Of a DNA stretch of 64,000 nucleotides, positions 61,593 to 64,000 are shown one piece after another. The notes beneath the pieces were generated by a model. The model did not search any database and was not told the origin of the DNA. It saw only the letters and a program-made list of their open reading frames with translations. Position 1 is the first letter of the stretch; each line of letters starts with the position of its first letter. The DNA is from Chitinophagales bacterium (GTDB lineage: Bacteria > Bacteroidota > Bacteroidia > Chitinophagales > BACL12): NCBI GenBank assembly GCA_044227505.1, contig JBGAWP010000001.1, positions 26,731 through 90,730 of the forward strand, read 5' to 3'. The position numbers and the translations under genes are program-made.

Positions 61593-62627
61593 ATGAATAA
61601 ATTTTTTACTCTGCTATTTACATGTATTTTATCGTTGTCGGTACACGCACAAGACATTCATTTTTCACAGTTTTATGCGTCACCGTTAACCCTCAATCCG
61701 GGGTTAACGGGTGCATTTAACGGCAACATCCGCGGTATTGTAAATTACAGGAACCAGTGGAATTCTTTTGCTCCGTTTAACACTTTTGCAGCTTCGGTAG
61801 ATATGAATTTCGGTCAGAGTTTTTTAAAATATGACCTTATGGGATTTGGATTAAGCGCTTTTTCTGATGTTGCCGGTGATACAAAATATAGCAGCACACA
61901 GGTCAATATGACCTTTTGTTATATAAAAACACTGGGAAATAAATATCATCCAAGTTATATGTCTGCCGGTTTTCAGGGTGGATATGCGCAAAAAAGTGTT
62001 AATTACCTGGCAATGACCTTCGCAAATCAGTTCGATGGTGTTTATTACGATCCTACATTGGGAACCGGTGAGTCCATCGGTTTTGAATCGCGCGGGTATT
62101 TGGACCTATCAGCCGGATTAATGTGGTATCTTGTTCCAAAAGAAGATAAATTCAGTATGTATCTGGGAGGTTCGGTTTACCATGTAAATGAACCCAACCA
62201 ATCGATAGGCGCCGAAGATGACAGATTATATATGAAGTATTCCGGTCATGCCGGTGCTCAAATACCTGTAGGAAAAATGACCTCTTTGGTTCCGGCATTT
62301 ATGATGAATGTTCAGGGGCCTTATACGGAATACTTTGGCGGAGCAAATCTTAAATTTTACCTCGAAGGTATGCAGTGGAGTTCCACCGCTATTTCATTCG
62401 GGGTATGGCAACGGGTTGTGGGTGATGTGGAGGCTGCAACAAAGGCCGAAGCAACCATTCTGGCAGCGCGACTCGATTACGATAAGATAAGTTTAGGGGT
62501 GAGTTATGATGTAAATATTTCTTCGCTTGCAGAGGCAAGTAAAAATAATGGCGGACCTGAAATTTCACTTTCTTATATTACAAATTTGCCACAACGCGAA
62601 AGAAGAATACCTTGTCCGAAGTTTTAA
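61593..62627 (+). CDS. PorP/SprF-family type IX secretion system membrane protein
   Basis: From the ATG at 61593 the signal peptide MNKFFTLLFTCILSLSVHAQ is followed by DIHFSQFYASPLTLNPGLTG, the family N-terminal signature. The track start at 61494 adds 33 unlikely codons. Confidence 0.85.
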   Translation: MNKFFTLLFTCILSLSVHAQDIHFSQFYASPLTLNPGLTGAFNGNIRGIVNYRNQWNSFAPFNTFAASVDMNFGQSFLKYDLMGFGLSAFSDVAGDTKYSSTQVNMTFCYIKTLGNKYHPSYMSAGFQGGYAQKSVNYLAMTFANQFDGVYYDPTLGTGESIGFESRGYLDLSAGLMWYLVPKEDKFSMYLGGSVYHVNEPNQSIGAEDDRLYMKYSGHAGAQIPVGKMTSLVPAFMMNVQGPYTEYFGGANLKFYLEGMQWSSTAISFGVWQRVVGDVEAATKAEATILAARLDYDKISLGVSYDVNISSLAEASKNNGGPEISLSYITNLPQRERRIPCPKF

Positions 62628-62727
62628 CAGCTTACAAGTTTTATTGCCGTCGTAACCCTTTTATATTTTCTTAAAAAAATAGAACTATTACGGGGAAATT
62701 GGCATTACTATTAATTGAATTTACAGC

Positions 62728-63411
62728 ATGTTGAAATTCTACTTTTTTATAGCATTGTTTGTTACTGCATTTATTGTTCAATGTCAATCAACCGCTTTGG
62801 GATCACCTCATAGTAAATTAAATTCAAGCGAAATTTCGAATGCTGAGTTTACAATACATTACAGTGATACAACTTATAAAAAGTATACAAAAAAATTACA
62901 ACTTATAGAACAAAATGATACCATTGTTTATATTGAAATATTTGATGTAAACAAATTCTGGTACCTGGAACGTTATATTCTGAAAAATGGCAAAAGAATA
63001 AAAAGCGGTTGGCAACAGGAATTTGATATTGGAGGAAATAAAACATTCGAAAGATATTGTTCAGCTGAGGCGGGTAATTGTAATAAAGTAAATACTTATA
63101 CCTATTACCCCAATGGAAATATAATTGCCATAGTTAAAACCATTAAGAATAAAAAAGAAGGACTCAGTTCATTTTATCACAATAACGGGCAACTAAAAAA
63201 TACCATTGAATTTAAGAATGATAAACTTTGGAATATAGTAGCGTACTACGATCAAAATGGAAATATTTTGGACCCTGGTAATTTTTGTGATGGGAATGGA
63301 TTTGTGAATGTCTATTCTGTAACCGGTAAATTGATTAAGGTCAAGAGGTATAAAAATGGGAGGGAGGTGTTGTTTAAGGGGAAGTTGCGGGGAGTTGACA
63401 GTCACAGGTAG
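62728..63411 (+). CDS. MORN-variant repeat protein (YwqK-like)
   Basis: It has a signal-like N-terminus. Repeats of the Y-Y-x-N-G type include YYPNGNIIAIVKTIKNKKEG, FYHNNGQLKNTIEFKNDKLWN and AYYDQNGN. Confidence 0.5.
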   Translation: MLKFYFFIALFVTAFIVQCQSTALGSPHSKLNSSEISNAEFTIHYSDTTYKKYTKKLQLIEQNDTIVYIEIFDVNKFWYLERYILKNGKRIKSGWQQEFDIGGNKTFERYCSAEAGNCNKVNTYTYYPNGNIIAIVKTIKNKKEGLSSFYHNNGQLKNTIEFKNDKLWNIVAYYDQNGNILDPGNFCDGNGFVNVYSVTGKLIKVKRYKNGREVLFKGKLRGVDSHR

Positions 63412-63585
63412 TTACTTTGGAGATTATTGATTATGGTTGAAAAAGTCAATAGTCAACAGTGGGCAGTTTGTAGCATTGGAGATTATTGTTTCGGTTGAAG
63501 TTTTTTTACACCCGTAAACTTGTATTATTTGACGTGCAAAACGATGTTTTATTTCCTCCCGAAACTTTACCAAATCATTAAATAA

Positions 63586-63862
63586 GGAGAGAGGAGAGAG
63601 GAGTTTAAATTTCTTGCGAAATTTTGTAAGACAACACCGTATGATTTAATGATTGCTAATACCCTAAACCATACATTTAAAACCCTCGCTAAGAGCGAGA
63701 ATCACACTGTATCCAACGAAATATTAAAATACCACCCTTTGTTTTCCTGCACTTAAAAAGGAGAAAGGAGTGAGGAGAAAGGAGTTTAAATTTCTGGCGA
63801 AATTTTATTGGGTGGTACGTTAGTGAGGCTTTCGCTCTTAGCGAAGGTCTCACTAACGGTAC
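63586..63862. repeat. Direct repeats about 175 bp apart plus long hairpins built from an inverted TCGCTAAGAGCGA word
   Basis: GGAG-rich words followed by GGAGTTTAAATTTCT(T/G)GCGAAATTTT occur at about 63586-63636 and 63761-63810. The hairpin CTCGCTAAGAGCGAG lies at about 63686-63700. A hairpin with a stem of about 22 bp, GTACGTTAGTGAGGCTTTCGCT/AGCGAAGGTCTCACTAACGGTAC, lies at 63815-63862. Confidence 0.85.
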
Positions 63863-63895
63863 TCTCCACTCCCAACTGCGTTTGTTTTCCTAATA

Positions 63896-63983
63896 CTTGA
63901 TACCTGATACCTGATACGCGCGCAGCGCCCGTCCTATTTCCCCTTCCATTGTCCTACGTCAAGTCCTATGTCCTGTGTCCTAA
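63896..63983. repeat. Heptamer arrays (CCTGATA type, GTCCTAT type)
   Basis: CTTGATA CCTGATA CCTGATA lie at 63896-63916. GTCCTAT GTCCTGT GTCCTAA lie at 63963-63983, with further GTCCTA words at 63931 and 63951. Confidence 0.9.
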
Positions 63984-64000
63984 AAAATACATTGATCCCC

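Noticed and set aside
1-64000. A search for defence systems, prophage, toxin-antitoxin pairs, restriction-modification genes and reverse transcriptases
   Set aside because: None of the translated ORFs shows nuclease/helicase/methylase/RT/Cas-type motifs that I can recognise. The gene content is housekeeping, envelope and secretion, and metabolic.

Overview
This window is a chromosomal segment of a low-GC Bacteroidota genome. The taxon is inferred from seven proteins with T9SS C-terminal sorting domains, a PorP/SprF gene, GEVED domains, a GYDIA-type GHMP kinase and TAnnTTTG-like -7 boxes. I call about 50 protein-coding genes. By eye I found no rRNA, tRNA, CRISPR array, transposase, integrase or phage-defence gene. 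Recognisable blocks, in order: a truncated ABC-F ATPase; T9SS cargo proteins; an OmpA/TSP3 porin with a degenerate tandem paralogue; a minus-strand run of FAD oxidoreductase, membrane 4Fe-4S protein, small GT2, processive GT2 and a GT-C-like protein; a GEVED metalloprotease; an AI-2E transporter; an ArsS/ArsM-type organoarsenical cluster with an embedded PiT transporter, preceded by an operon of SplB-like radical SAM, class IV aminotransferase and AlkD-like genes; sucA-sucB; a five-gene mevalonate-pathway cluster; an M3 oligoendopeptidase; a two-component system; a PDZ protein; a TonB-dependent receptor; nifU-like, PhoD and rlmN genes; and PorP/SprF. The most unusual signal is non-coding. Almost every long intergenic region is filled with a shared vocabulary of heptamer-phased degenerate arrays, an approximately 80-bp modular element in tandem higher-order units, and a GC-rich 20-32-nt palindromic element. 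That palindromic element occurs in both orientations and is inserted inside another repeat. A perfect (GCAGTC)21 microsatellite also sits between sucA and sucB. I cannot show that any of this is a new system. The repeat architecture and the extended arsenic-associated gene run are my best candidates. All protein calls rest on motifs read from the ORF track, not on database searches.
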